A stretch of DNA of 64,000 bases from Candidatus Latescibacterota bacterium (GTDB lineage: Bacteria; Latescibacterota; UBA2968; UBA8231), in contig OY730476.1 of the NCBI GenBank assembly GCA_963422735.1, positions 960,001-1,024,000 on the forward strand. Direction: 5' to 3'. The position numbers and the translations under genes are program-made. Positions 28,360-37,757 of the stretch are shown one piece after another. Each line of letters starts with the position of its first letter. Position 1 is the stretch's first letter. The notes beneath the pieces were generated by a model. The model saw only the letters and a list, made by a program, of their open reading frames with translations. It did not search any database and was not told where the DNA came from.

Positions 28360-29307
28360 ATGAAAGAGCTACTCTTATTGTCGGCGCTCGCCGCCATCTT
28401 TTTGACGTTCTTCTCCACAGGAGCCGCCCAAGCCGACACCGCGCACGAGTCCTTTGACGTGGAGCCGGGCGACCGCCTAATAGTGGACACCGAATGGAGT
28501 GCCATTGAGGTCCATACTTGGGATCGCCCCGAGGTGGAGTTGGTCGTGGAACGAGCCGATAAACTCGATCTAGCATACGACCAAGAGGCGGGTACCACGA
28601 CCATCCGGGGCCGCAAAAAAGATGCCGGCCTGTCCGACTTCTTCGGCCTTGCGAAGGGACGCGCCCCCCTGTTCCGCCTCACGGTGCCGCACCGGCACGA
28701 TTTGGAACTGAACACCTCCGGCGGTGGCATTGAGGTAGGCGATCTTCTGGGACGCGTCGCGGCCCAGACTTCGGGCGGCAATCTGAGCTTTGGCCACATT
28801 GAAGGACCGATCGAGGGCAAAACGTCGGGTGGGTCCATTTCTCTAAGAGGTTGCTCTGGCAGGGCGTCGGTGTCCACTTCGGGGGGCTCCATCCACATTG
28901 GAGAGGTGGACGGGGAGGTGCGAGCTAAGACTTCGGGCGGGTCCATCCACATTAGCCGGGCCCAAGGCTCGGTGCAGGCCAAGACCTCGGGCGGCTCTAT
29001 CAAAGTGGATGAAGTGCTAGGGCCTATCGAGGCTCGGACCTCAGGTGGCTCCATTCGCGCCCAACTCTCGCAGCAGCCTCACGGTCCTTGCCACCTCGGG
29101 ACTTCGGGCGGCAATGTAGAGGTCTCCCTCGCTTCGGATATCGGTTTGCAGGTGGACGCCCGCACGTCGGGTGGGCGCGTCTCCACCGACTTCCCGGTAT
29201 CACAGGTCACGCTAGATAAAAACAGCCTCAAGGCCTCGATCAACGGCGGTGGTCCCCTCATGATTCTGCGCACCTCGGGCGGGTCCATCCGCCTGCACAA
29301 ACTGTAG
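28360..29307 (+). CDS. DUF4097 / putative adhesin beta-strand repeat protein
   Basis: Signal peptide; ten TSGG repeats; AAGGAGG RBS. Confidence 0.88.
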   Translation: MKELLLLSALAAIFLTFFSTGAAQADTAHESFDVEPGDRLIVDTEWSAIEVHTWDRPEVELVVERADKLDLAYDQEAGTTTIRGRKKDAGLSDFFGLAKGRAPLFRLTVPHRHDLELNTSGGGIEVGDLLGRVAAQTSGGNLSFGHIEGPIEGKTSGGSISLRGCSGRASVSTSGGSIHIGEVDGEVRAKTSGGSIHISRAQGSVQAKTSGGSIKVDEVLGPIEARTSGGSIRAQLSQQPHGPCHLGTSGGNVEVSLASDIGLQVDARTSGGRVSTDFPVSQVTLDKNSLKASINGGGPLMILRTSGGSIRLHKL

Positions 29308-29334
29308 CACTACACAGCACCGCCTTTTGGTCGA

Positions 29335-29371
29335 AGGGGTTCGACGGCTTTGGGTCGTTGAACCCTTTTTT
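29335..29371 (+). terminator. Rho-independent terminator
   Basis: GGGTTCGACGGC...GTCGTTGAACCC stem followed by T7. Confidence 0.7.
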
Positions 29372-29509
29372 GCGTTTTTAGAAGTCTGCAGTGCGCGAAC
29401 TCTCGATAAAAAGTACATCTTTGACATTTAGGGTGCCGGTTTTCTATTTGGTGAGCAAGGCAGCCAGAAATGGGACCGGCGGAGGTAGAACCTGTCGCGG
29501 CCGCAGCAG

Positions 29510-30463
29510 CTAATGCGTCCAGCGCGAGAGCGCGTCCAACTCTGCTCGCTCCTCATCCCCCAACTCCACTTCCAACGCCCCAACAACTTCCTCCACGTGC
29601 TCGGGGCGGTCTGGGCCGATGATCGGGGCGGTAACATCCTCGTTAGCCAATATCCAAGCGACGGCAACTTGCGCCGGGGTCTTGTCCTGTGCCCGACCGA
29701 TCTCGATCAGCTTTTGCACGATTCGCTCGCATTTTTCGCTCATGGCCTCGGCAAAGCGCGCATCGTCCTGCCAAGCGCTATCGGCCGGTGGCTTTTGCCC
29801 GCGCGTAAAGCGGCCGCTCAACAGGCCGACGGCCAGCGGACTGTAGGTCATCATGCCGAGTCCGTGCTGCCGGCACAAAGGCAACAGTTCCGGTTCTATT
29901 TGCCAGCGCTGCAACAGGTTGTACTGATTTTGTAAGGTGAACAGTGGGTCCAGCCCTCCGCGGTCAGCCGCCCACAGCGCCTCCACTACTTGGGCGGCGG
30001 TAAAATTGCACGCCCCCACATAGCGCACCTTGCCCTGCCGCACCAAGTCGTCAAACGCCCGCAGCGTCTCGTCGAGTTCGGTGTCTGCATCCCAGTTGTG
30101 CAACAGGTAGATATCGATGTGGTCGGTCGCCAGCCGCCTAAGCGACCGCTCGATCTCGCGCATGATGGCAAAGCGCGACAGGCCGCGGTCGTTGGGACCG
30201 TCGCCGATTTGACTCCAAACCTTAGTGGTAATCACCAAATCGTCGCGCTTGCCCTTGATGGCCTTGCCCAACAGCTCCTCGCAGTGCCCCTGAAAGTAGT
30301 AGTTGGCGCAATCGAGAAAATTGCACCCTAGATCAATGGCGGTCTCGACCGTGCGCACAGCGGTCGCCTCGTCGGTCTGCCCGTGCCAGTATCCTCGAAA
30401 GGCCGTACCCAAGCACAGCCGCGAAACCTTGACTCCAGCCCGTCCCAATCGCACGTAATCCAT
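29510..30463 (-). CDS. Aldo/keto reductase
   Basis: VSRLCLGT, D.A.YY, SLRRLATDHIDIY, GKVRYVG and YSPLAVG motifs. Confidence 0.93.
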   Translation of the reverse strand: MDYVRLGRAGVKVSRLCLGTAFRGYWHGQTDEATAVRTVETAIDLGCNFLDCANYYFQGHCEELLGKAIKGKRDDLVITTKVWSQIGDGPNDRGLSRFAIMREIERSLRRLATDHIDIYLLHNWDADTELDETLRAFDDLVRQGKVRYVGACNFTAAQVVEALWAADRGGLDPLFTLQNQYNLLQRWQIEPELLPLCRQHGLGMMTYSPLAVGLLSGRFTRGQKPPADSAWQDDARFAEAMSEKCERIVQKLIEIGRAQDKTPAQVAVAWILANEDVTAPIIGPDRPEHVEEVVGALEVELGDEERAELDALSRWTH

Positions 30464-30532
30464 GTTCTCTCCTAATTCAATTACTGACGGTACGCATCGT
30501 CCTGCCTGTACAGCTAGGCACTGGCAGCTATA

Positions 30533-30691
30533 GAAATGCTTCGCCTCCGTCGTCGCGCCTAAGGGACTCCGCTCAGCATAGACAGGAGCTGGTGCGTTTC
30601 GTCCTTGTCATGCTGAGCGCAGCGGAGTCGAACTATTTCATACCTAAGCATCCGTCAATTATAGATGTGGGGGCACCCCTTGTAGGTGCCC
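30533..30691. repeat. Cluster of REP-like palindromic elements
   Basis: GACTCCGCTCAGCATAGACA and TGTCATGCTGAGCGCAGCGGAGTC form an inverted pair, followed by a GGGCACCCCTTGTAGGTGCCC hairpin. Confidence 0.65.
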
Positions 30692-30697
30692 GCGTCC

Positions 30698-32626
30698 TTA
30701 CCAAGCCGTTGGCAAGTCGTATGTCGGCGCGTTCGCGTGCCGCTGTAAGCCGATTTCGAGGCGGATTTCAGTCCCCGGTGGCAAGGCCACCGCAAAGTGC
30801 GCGTCGCGTACGGCAACGTGCTCAATCGTCTGCTCCACAGGCGGCGCGGCATAGCTTCCCACCGCGCCCGGGTACGCGCTTTGTAAGGTGTTGTACGCGA
30901 CCTCCTCAAACCGATGCTCGGCCAAGGAGCCGGCTTGCAGCAGCACCTTGCGGGAGGCCATACCGCTGAGGTTCACTAAGTGGACCACGAGGCGATCCCG
31001 CTTTACGGTCTCGACGAGCGCGGCCACATCCGCTGGCAAGCCCGGGCGTTTGCGCTCGGCGTCAAAGTAGCGCAGCGGGGCCGTCAAGATACCGCCGTTG
31101 TACAGGAGCTGCGGCGCGCCCAAGGTTAGCTGGATGAGTGCCTCGGTCGTCACCGGGTTTAGCTGCTGCCACCAGTGGATGTGGTTGTCGCGAGGGTCGG
31201 TTGCGTCGCAGCGGATAAGCTCTAGGCGGCGATAGACTTGGGCCAAAGCAGCCTGGAGGATCTGCACCGGGTAGTCGGGGTTTTCGCCCTTGAGATAGCA
31301 AAACCACGGCGGCTCGTGATAGGCGTCCTCTTTGTTGTGGAAAGACACCACCGTGCGCCAGTCGTAGCACTCTTTGGCGCGGAGCGTTTCGAGCATCTCC
31401 CAATCAACCGCCGCCCCGCTCGCGTTCCACAGCGCGGCCGGATACATGGCCGCCAGCGGCTGGAAGTCCGACCACCCCTTGGCCCCGTAGCAATAGGGCA
31501 CCACAAAGCTGACCTTGTCGTTGCCGAGGGCGGTTAGCTGGCCGATCCAGTGCTCGCCCAAGCTCATCTCGATTTGGCCCAAGTCGGCCATTTTCCCTTG
31601 CTCTAAGACCTTTCTGAGCTGAGTGCGGGGCAGTTCGAGATACCTTTCCTCACCGGTCAGCACATAGCAATGGGTGCCGGCCAAAATGGCCGCCATGGCG
31701 ATGTTGTACAACCCGTGCGGCCACGTCCAGCCGTACATGCTCCCATACCAGCGTCCTCCCATGTATTCTCCGACCTGCCCGGAAAGCCCCACGTTGTCGG
31801 GCAACAGGCCCCCATTGGCCGCGGCCCTTGCGATCCAAGCATCCACATATTCGAGCAGCCAAGCGCGGTATTTGTCGTCGCCGGTCAGGTAAAACGCGTT
31901 GGCTATCAGCGAGGTGACGTGCAGGTTGGTGGCGCAATCGCCCCGGGCCATGCGCTCCTTCATGGCCTGCCCCATGCGCCGCGCCTTGGCCGGGTCCTCG
32001 AGGTCGGCAGGCTCATTAATCCCCTCTAAGTCCTCGTAGGGCAGGCCATAGCGCGCCATCCCCGGGCTGTACCCATACGACGGCTCCTCGTCCTCTTCGT
32101 ACAGCCAGCGCGGACCCCTGCTCCCATTGTGGGCGCACTTGATGATCTTGTGCTTTGGGTCGTAGTTGAGGGCCTCTGGGTCTTCATTGAGATAGAATCC
32201 GGCAAAGCGCCGCGCCCGCACCACATTCTCGGCGTGGGTCGGGTCGGCCATGCACAGCAAATAGAAGTAGATGTAGCTCTCGCTCTGGTGGAACTGGTCG
32301 TAGCCGATCTCGTATTCCTTGTCCACGTGGCCGTACTCTGCCATCAGCGCGGTGGTAGCCTCCCACTGCCGCTGGCCCAAGGCGAGCAAATAGTCGCCGC
32401 CGCCGAGCAAGTACAGCAGCGGCCAGTTGTAGAAGCTCTCGTAGAAGTCGTCGGCCCCGTCGCGGGTGTGGCGCAGGCCGTCGCGCCAGATCAAGCGGCC
32501 GTCGGGGTGGGTGTACTCTGCCAAGAATGGATGGACGGCTTCCTCCATGACTTGGAAAAGCTGTCGTTCCAGCACAGCCCAAGCCGGGGGCTGTGCTAGT
32601 GGTAGGGTTGCTTCAATGGCGATCAT
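30698..32626 (-). CDS. Hypothetical protein (~640 aa), probable alpha/alpha-barrel enzyme
   Basis: Long, well-formed ORF rich in aromatic and acidic motifs (DGADDFYESFYNW, YDQFHQSE, PDNVG, YGWTWPHG). Confidence 0.7.
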   Translation of the reverse strand: MIAIEATLPLAQPPAWAVLERQLFQVMEEAVHPFLAEYTHPDGRLIWRDGLRHTRDGADDFYESFYNWPLLYLLGGGDYLLALGQRQWEATTALMAEYGHVDKEYEIGYDQFHQSESYIYFYLLCMADPTHAENVVRARRFAGFYLNEDPEALNYDPKHKIIKCAHNGSRGPRWLYEEDEEPSYGYSPGMARYGLPYEDLEGINEPADLEDPAKARRMGQAMKERMARGDCATNLHVTSLIANAFYLTGDDKYRAWLLEYVDAWIARAAANGGLLPDNVGLSGQVGEYMGGRWYGSMYGWTWPHGLYNIAMAAILAGTHCYVLTGEERYLELPRTQLRKVLEQGKMADLGQIEMSLGEHWIGQLTALGNDKVSFVVPYCYGAKGWSDFQPLAAMYPAALWNASGAAVDWEMLETLRAKECYDWRTVVSFHNKEDAYHEPPWFCYLKGENPDYPVQILQAALAQVYRRLELIRCDATDPRDNHIHWWQQLNPVTTEALIQLTLGAPQLLYNGGILTAPLRYFDAERKRPGLPADVAALVETVKRDRLVVHLVNLSGMASRKVLLQAGSLAEHRFEEVAYNTLQSAYPGAVGSYAAPPVEQTIEHVAVRDAHFAVALPPGTEIRLEIGLQRHANAPTYDLPTAW

Positions 32627-32635
32627 ACCCACAAC

Positions 32636-33326
32636 CTATTCTGCATCCAAGACTTCTGGAGTCAGTTGATACCAGAATACTTCTCCAGATTCAATGGAGT
32701 CCTGTATGCGGTCGTCGCGGTACAGACCCGCGACGACCGCATAGGCACACTTGCCGGTGAACATCGTCAAAAATCTAGCGTTGCGAATGGCCCGCGTGGT
32801 GTCCCGTCCATTGACGGTAAAAGAGATTTCCACCGCGATGTAGCAAGCTGCGCCGTCCGAGTCAGTGGCCTCCATAATCAGATCAGCCTCGCGGAAACTC
32901 CTCAGTTCATTTGTAGGAATATCCGCCGTGTCAGCGAGGTCAATCAGTGCCCACAGATCATCGTCGGTGAGGTTTCTCGTCCGCTGGAGGCCCATCTCCC
33001 TAGCGATTGAACCGGCCCTTCTGAGCGCGGCACTGCGGGCGTGGGTACTTTTGAGTACGCCTACACTATCTTGGATAGACTTCACTTTGGTATCGAGCGA
33101 CTCAAGACGCTGACTCGTGACCTCGGCCTTCGATTCAAGCGAATCGAGACGTTGGGTCGTCGCCTCGACAAAGCTGTCCACCTTGGCGGCAAGACTATTC
33201 ACCCTTGCGGCGAGCTGCGTTAACTTTTAGTTCGCGCGTCAGCAGCCGGGCACGCATGGCCTCGAGCCATTCGGGATTTTCGTCCAATATCTACATTAGG
33301 TCTTCTATCGTATGGATTGCGTTCAT
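32636..33326 (-). pseudogene. Coiled-coil plus PD-(D/E)XK-like protein with a disrupted 5' end
   Basis: MNAIHTIEDLM*ILDENPEWLEAMRARLLTREL (TAG at 33291-33293), then a frameshift into ORF 33202..32636 with heptad repeats and ADLIM..YIAVEIS. Confidence 0.65.
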
Positions 33327-33363
33327 AGCTCCCCCTTTTCCTCCATTGCCGTTATCTTTTGCC

Positions 33364-34119
33364 TCACCCCTTCCCCCCCTTCACACTCCACACCGACCCC
33401 GTAGTGTACGTATTCCGCTCCGAGCACAAAAACTCAATCACTTCGGCCACCTCCTCCGCGTCCGAATAGCGTCCGATCGGGTTGCCCGGATCGCGCAGAT
33501 GCGCCTCGTCAAAGCGCGGCACGACCATGTCAGTCAGTGCCCGGCCCGGCTCGACGCCGTTGACGAACACCCCCTGCCGCGGCCAAGCATCGCCCAGTGC
33601 CTGAATAAACGACCAGACCGCTCCCTTGGACACCGAGTACGGCACCTGATTGGGGCTGCCGTTGCGCGCTCCGGAAGAAATCGTCACGCAGCGCCCCCAC
33701 CCTCGCTCCAGCATGTGCGGGACCGCCGCCTGATGCGCGTAGTACACTCCGTGGACATTGATCTGCATAACCTTGGCAAACTGCGCGGCCTTCTGCTCGA
33801 AAAAGGGCTTCTCCCACCCTAAGACACCGGCACTGCACACCAGCACATCGAGCCGCCCAAAGGCTTTCACCGCTTGGGCCACCGCCTCGTACACCTGCCC
33901 CTCGTCGGTCACATCTGCCTCGACAAAAAGTGCCTGCTGCCCCAGAGCCTCGATCTCCCGCACCCGCTCCTGCGCCGGTTCCTCCAGCACATCGACAATG
34001 GCAATGTGCCGCCCGGCCTCGGCCAAGCGCAGCGCGGTCGCACCCCCGATGCCGCACGCACCCCCTGTAATCAGGGCCACCCTCTGCTCAACAGGTGCTG
34101 CAAATCGCAAATGTGCCAT
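33364..34119 (-). CDS. SDR family oxidoreductase
   Basis: TGGACGIG and YSVSK motifs. Confidence 0.92.
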   Translation of the reverse strand: MAHLRFAAPVEQRVALITGGACGIGGATALRLAEAGRHIAIVDVLEEPAQERVREIEALGQQALFVEADVTDEGQVYEAVAQAVKAFGRLDVLVCSAGVLGWEKPFFEQKAAQFAKVMQINVHGVYYAHQAAVPHMLERGWGRCVTISSGARNGSPNQVPYSVSKGAVWSFIQALGDAWPRQGVFVNGVEPGRALTDMVVPRFDEAHLRDPGNPIGRYSDAEEVAEVIEFLCSERNTYTTGSVWSVKGGKG

Positions 34120-34215
34120 ACTACCCTCCCCTTGCTTGCGCGGTCGCGCAGTTTTGAATAAATAAGCTACCTATCGCTACTAGTACCCCCTTACGATATA
34201 CACGGAGCATCAAAA

Positions 34216-35343
34216 ATGAAAATCGAACAGATCGACTCCCTCCTTATAGGCAACGGCTACATCGTCCGCATCACCACCGACACCGGCCTAACCGGCATCG
34301 GCCAAACCGCCTGTTGGGGCTATCCCACGGCCGTGCAGAGCATCGTCGATGTATTCAAAGATTACCTCATCGGCCAAAATCCCCTCCGCATTGAACACCA
34401 CTGGCATCACCTCTATCGCATGGCCCCCTTCAGAGGCACGGCCATCATGGGAGCCGTCTCGGCCGTGGATATCGCGCTGTGGGACATTAAGGGCAAGCAC
34501 TTTGAGGTTCCGGTGTGGGAACTGTTGGGCGGCAATGTCCGCGACAAGATCCGCCTACACCTGCTCTCTGGGGGCAGCACCCCGGAGGCCAATTTCAACG
34601 CCGCTCAAGCTGCCGTCGCCGAGGGCTTCACCGCCATCAAGTTCGACCCCATCACTATGGACTGCCACGACAAGGGCCAAGCGCGGATGATCCAAACCGC
34701 CGTCGAGCTGACCGCAGCCGCGCGCGAAGCCGGCGGCCCGGATTTGGACCTGATTATCGAGCTGCACCGCAAGCTGACGCCCATGGTCTCCCTAGCCCTC
34801 GCCGAGGCCCTCAAGCCCTTCCATGTCTTCTTCCTCGAAGACCCGGTCCAAATCGACAGCATCTCGACCCAAGCCCACATCGCGCAGAAATCTACCGTGC
34901 CCTTTGGCAACGGCGAACGCTTTGTGTCTATATGGGAGTTCCGCGAGTTGTTGGAACAAGGCGGCCCCCAGTATTTGCGGCCGGACGTGGCTTTGGCCGG
35001 CGGCATCTCGCATTGCAAAAAAATCGCCGCCATCGGCGAAGCCTACCACTGCGCAGTAGTGACCCACAACTTCTTGGGGCCGCTGATTACCGCCGCCTCT
35101 CTGCACCTCGACGCCTCGATTCCCAACTTTATTACCCAAGAATACACCAAGGGGGACGAAGCCCCGTACCACGCGGTCTATCGGTGCGCGTATAAGCGCG
35201 AGGGCGGCTACATCCCAATTCCCCAAGCCCCGGGCCTCGGCGTGGAGCTAGATGAGAATTTGATTGACGAGACGCCTTATAAACCCATCAACAACGCTTC
35301 CACCCCGCTGCGCGCCGACGGTTCGGTGTCCTATGCCGTATGA
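34216..35343 (+). CDS. Mandelate racemase / galactonate dehydratase-like enolase superfamily protein
   Basis: SAVDIALWDIKGK, FLEDP, GER, PDVALAGGI and PGLGVE motifs. Confidence 0.9.
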   Translation: MKIEQIDSLLIGNGYIVRITTDTGLTGIGQTACWGYPTAVQSIVDVFKDYLIGQNPLRIEHHWHHLYRMAPFRGTAIMGAVSAVDIALWDIKGKHFEVPVWELLGGNVRDKIRLHLLSGGSTPEANFNAAQAAVAEGFTAIKFDPITMDCHDKGQARMIQTAVELTAAAREAGGPDLDLIIELHRKLTPMVSLALAEALKPFHVFFLEDPVQIDSISTQAHIAQKSTVPFGNGERFVSIWEFRELLEQGGPQYLRPDVALAGGISHCKKIAAIGEAYHCAVVTHNFLGPLITAASLHLDASIPNFITQEYTKGDEAPYHAVYRCAYKREGGYIPIPQAPGLGVELDENLIDETPYKPINNASTPLRADGSVSYAV

Positions 35344-35348
35344 GCAGC

Positions 35349-35419
35349 CAGTGGACAGTGGACAGTCCACACCCCATCGGGGTTGGGTAGGGCGGCCTGA
35401 GCACTAACCACTAACCACT
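35349..35419. repeat. Short inverted heptamer repeat pair
   Basis: CAGTGGACAGTGGACAGT ... CACTAACCACTAACCACT; same heptamer family as the 20054 array. Confidence 0.65.
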
Positions 35420-35438
35420 TTCCATAGGAGTTTTCATT

Positions 35439-36086
35439 ATGAATGTCCTAATTTTATCCGGCACCAACCATCAGTTTGCGGCCAGTGCCTTGGTCATTCA
35501 CGAGTTTTTGAGTGCGCACGACGATCTGTCCGTTGCGCTTGACGACGACAAGGACGTGTTGGCATCAGATGGTCTGCGCGATTTCGATGTGCTGATCCAC
35601 GGCACCGGATTCACGCGCACCGAGCGGCGAGAAGACGGCACCGTACAGCAAGTGCCCGAGCTGACGCTCGTGCAAGAAGAGGGGCTGTTCGATTTTGTCG
35701 CCTATGGCAAAGGGCTAGTCGGCATCCACGGCACCGCGTGGTGGATTGGCGGCAAAGCCGCGGACTTGATTGGCGGTCACGCCAACTGGCATCCGCCGGG
35801 ATCGACCTTCACCGTCGATATTATCGACAGCGATCACCCGGTTACGCAGGGCGTACCCGACTTTGACGTGGAAGACGAGATTTACATGTCGGCGTGGGAC
35901 CCGGCCATTCGCATTTTGGCCACAGCCGAGTGGAGCGGCAATCAGCATCCCCTAGCGTGGGTCAAACCCTACGGTGCCGGGCGGGTGTTCTACACGGCTT
36001 TGGGGCATGGGCCGGGAACATTTACATGCCTAGGGATGCAGCAGATAATGGTGCAAGGAGTGCGGTGGGCCGGAGGAAGTCTATAA
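35439..36086 (+). CDS. ThuA-like domain protein
   Basis: GKGLVGIH, DHPVT, DEIY and GRVFYTALGH motifs. Confidence 0.88.
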   Translation: MNVLILSGTNHQFAASALVIHEFLSAHDDLSVALDDDKDVLASDGLRDFDVLIHGTGFTRTERREDGTVQQVPELTLVQEEGLFDFVAYGKGLVGIHGTAWWIGGKAADLIGGHANWHPPGSTFTVDIIDSDHPVTQGVPDFDVEDEIYMSAWDPAIRILATAEWSGNQHPLAWVKPYGAGRVFYTALGHGPGTFTCLGMQQIMVQGVRWAGGSL

Positions 36087-37757
36087 AAATCCACCCTTCG
36101 CATCAGACCACTGCCCACAGCGGATTTCCAACGTCCGCGCCACCGGCGTCCGCAGGGCGACGAGCACCCGCAAGTGCCCCTCGTCGATCTCGCTATTGCG
36201 CATCCGCCACATAGTGTGCTCCATGGCCCCGGAGCCGATGCGGATGGCGTCGTTTCCCACCCGGTAGAGCGCATAGCCTGCTTTGAGAAAGACCGTGTGA
36301 CCAGCACGGCCCTCGACGAGCGCACTATCCGTCTCTAAGGTTCCGCCCGGAGCAAAAACCCCCTCAATCTGAAAGGGCACCCCATCAACGCCCCCTGAGG
36401 TGCGGATGTGGAGGTCAAAACCGTCGGCCACCTCCTCGACGTGCAACTCGACTTCCAGCGGGGACAACTCATACGTCGCCCGCCGGCCCCGCACTTGGCC
36501 CCAGTTGTCGGCATCGACTTGCTCGGCAATCGGCAGCCAGTAAATCCCCCCTACGTAATCCTTTTCTGGGTAGATGCGGTTGCGTCCCTTGTGCTGCATC
36601 CGCACCCCGTTGTCCGCCGTGGCAAACTCCTCACCAACAAATTGCCCGGTAGCAAAATAGGTCGATGATATCTTCACCGCCGCCAATTCGGCCTGCCCAC
36701 AGACCACGCTAAAAGGCGCGGTCAAGCCGGACGCAGCCGTAGCACTCACCGCGCCCTGACGCACCCGCCACAGGCCGGATGCGGGATAGACGCGGCTATA
36801 GTGTTCGGGCAAAGGCGTCCGCTTTAGACAAGTCGCCCGCCACTCGGGATGCAGGACGTAGTTGGGCAGACAGACCAAACCGCTGCGGCCGCACGCGACC
36901 AACAGGTCGGCCACGGCCGCGTAAAAGCCATTGTCGTCTAAATGGGCCAAGGCGTGATAGCCATCGGCCAGACCGGTCGGCACAGCCCGCGTATCGCGGT
37001 CCTGCCGCTTGGAAATGCTCGTCACCGCGGTGGCATCGGCGTGGAGGAGATGGTAGGACAAATCCAAGTTGCGCCGCACAGGCTCCAGCAGGTCGGGTCG
37101 TGCAAGCACGTACGCGGCGCGGATTAAGGCGCGGTTGACCACGGCATTGTACACGCCTGTGCTCCGCTCGCTGTATTCGCCATCGGCGTTGATGTCAATG
37201 CTTTCGTCGAGGTACGCGTCCACCGTCGCGCTCACCTCCAGCTCTGGATAGAGGGCTTGGGCTTGGGCCAATGCAGCGACTAACACCCAGCGGTGGTTAG
37301 GCGTGTGGAAGCCGCCGGCGGCCATGCCCGGAGCCGCAGTCTGTATGAGGTCGCCCAAGGCGACCGCGATTTCTGCGGCTCCCTCGTCGTCTGTAGCCTG
37401 TTGTCGCGCCGCAAACACGACCGGTGCAATGGCCTGCACCACAAAGCCTGCGTCCGGGGCCGAGTCAAAGTTGGTGGTTAGTAAATCAAAGCAGCCCGAT
37501 GGCCGGCGGTGCCGGCGGGCAAACTCGGCGGCAAGGAGGATCCGCTCTAAGAGCACCTCGCTCCGGTAGTGGCGCGACTCGGGCAGGAGATAGGCGTAGC
37601 CAAGCGACGCAACCGCGCTGATGCCGCTGGAGCCGACCAGCCGATCTTGATCGACAAAGCCACCGCAATAGGGGCTTTCCGCGTCCAGCACTTGGCGCGT
37701 CAGTACGCCCTCTACCTGCTGATCGAGTTCGCCGACGAGCGGTGCGTACGCAATCAT
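36081..37757 (-). CDS. Hypothetical protein, heparinase II/III-like lyase fold suspected
   Basis: GGFHTPNHRWV and DGEYSERS..YN resemble the NH / DG..E.S..Y motifs of (alpha/alpha) toroid lyases. Confidence 0.6.
   Translation of the reverse strand: MIAYAPLVGELDQQVEGVLTRQVLDAESPYCGGFVDQDRLVGSSGISAVASLGYAYLLPESRHYRSEVLLERILLAAEFARRHRRPSGCFDLLTTNFDSAPDAGFVVQAIAPVVFAARQQATDDEGAAEIAVALGDLIQTAAPGMAAGGFHTPNHRWVLVAALAQAQALYPELEVSATVDAYLDESIDINADGEYSERSTGVYNAVVNRALIRAAYVLARPDLLEPVRRNLDLSYHLLHADATAVTSISKRQDRDTRAVPTGLADGYHALAHLDDNGFYAAVADLLVACGRSGLVCLPNYVLHPEWRATCLKRTPLPEHYSRVYPASGLWRVRQGAVSATAASGLTAPFSVVCGQAELAAVKISSTYFATGQFVGEEFATADNGVRMQHKGRNRIYPEKDYVGGIYWLPIAEQVDADNWGQVRGRRATYELSPLEVELHVEEVADGFDLHIRTSGGVDGVPFQIEGVFAPGGTLETDSALVEGRAGHTVFLKAGYALYRVGNDAIRIGSGAMEHTMWRMRNSEIDEGHLRVLVALRTPVARTLEIRCGQWSDAKGGFL

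Noticed and set aside
28700-29300. Repeated ACxTCGGGCGGC DNA motif and the antisense ORF 28299..29054
   Set aside because: Explained by the TSGG protein repeats of DUF4097; the antisense ORF is a shadow.
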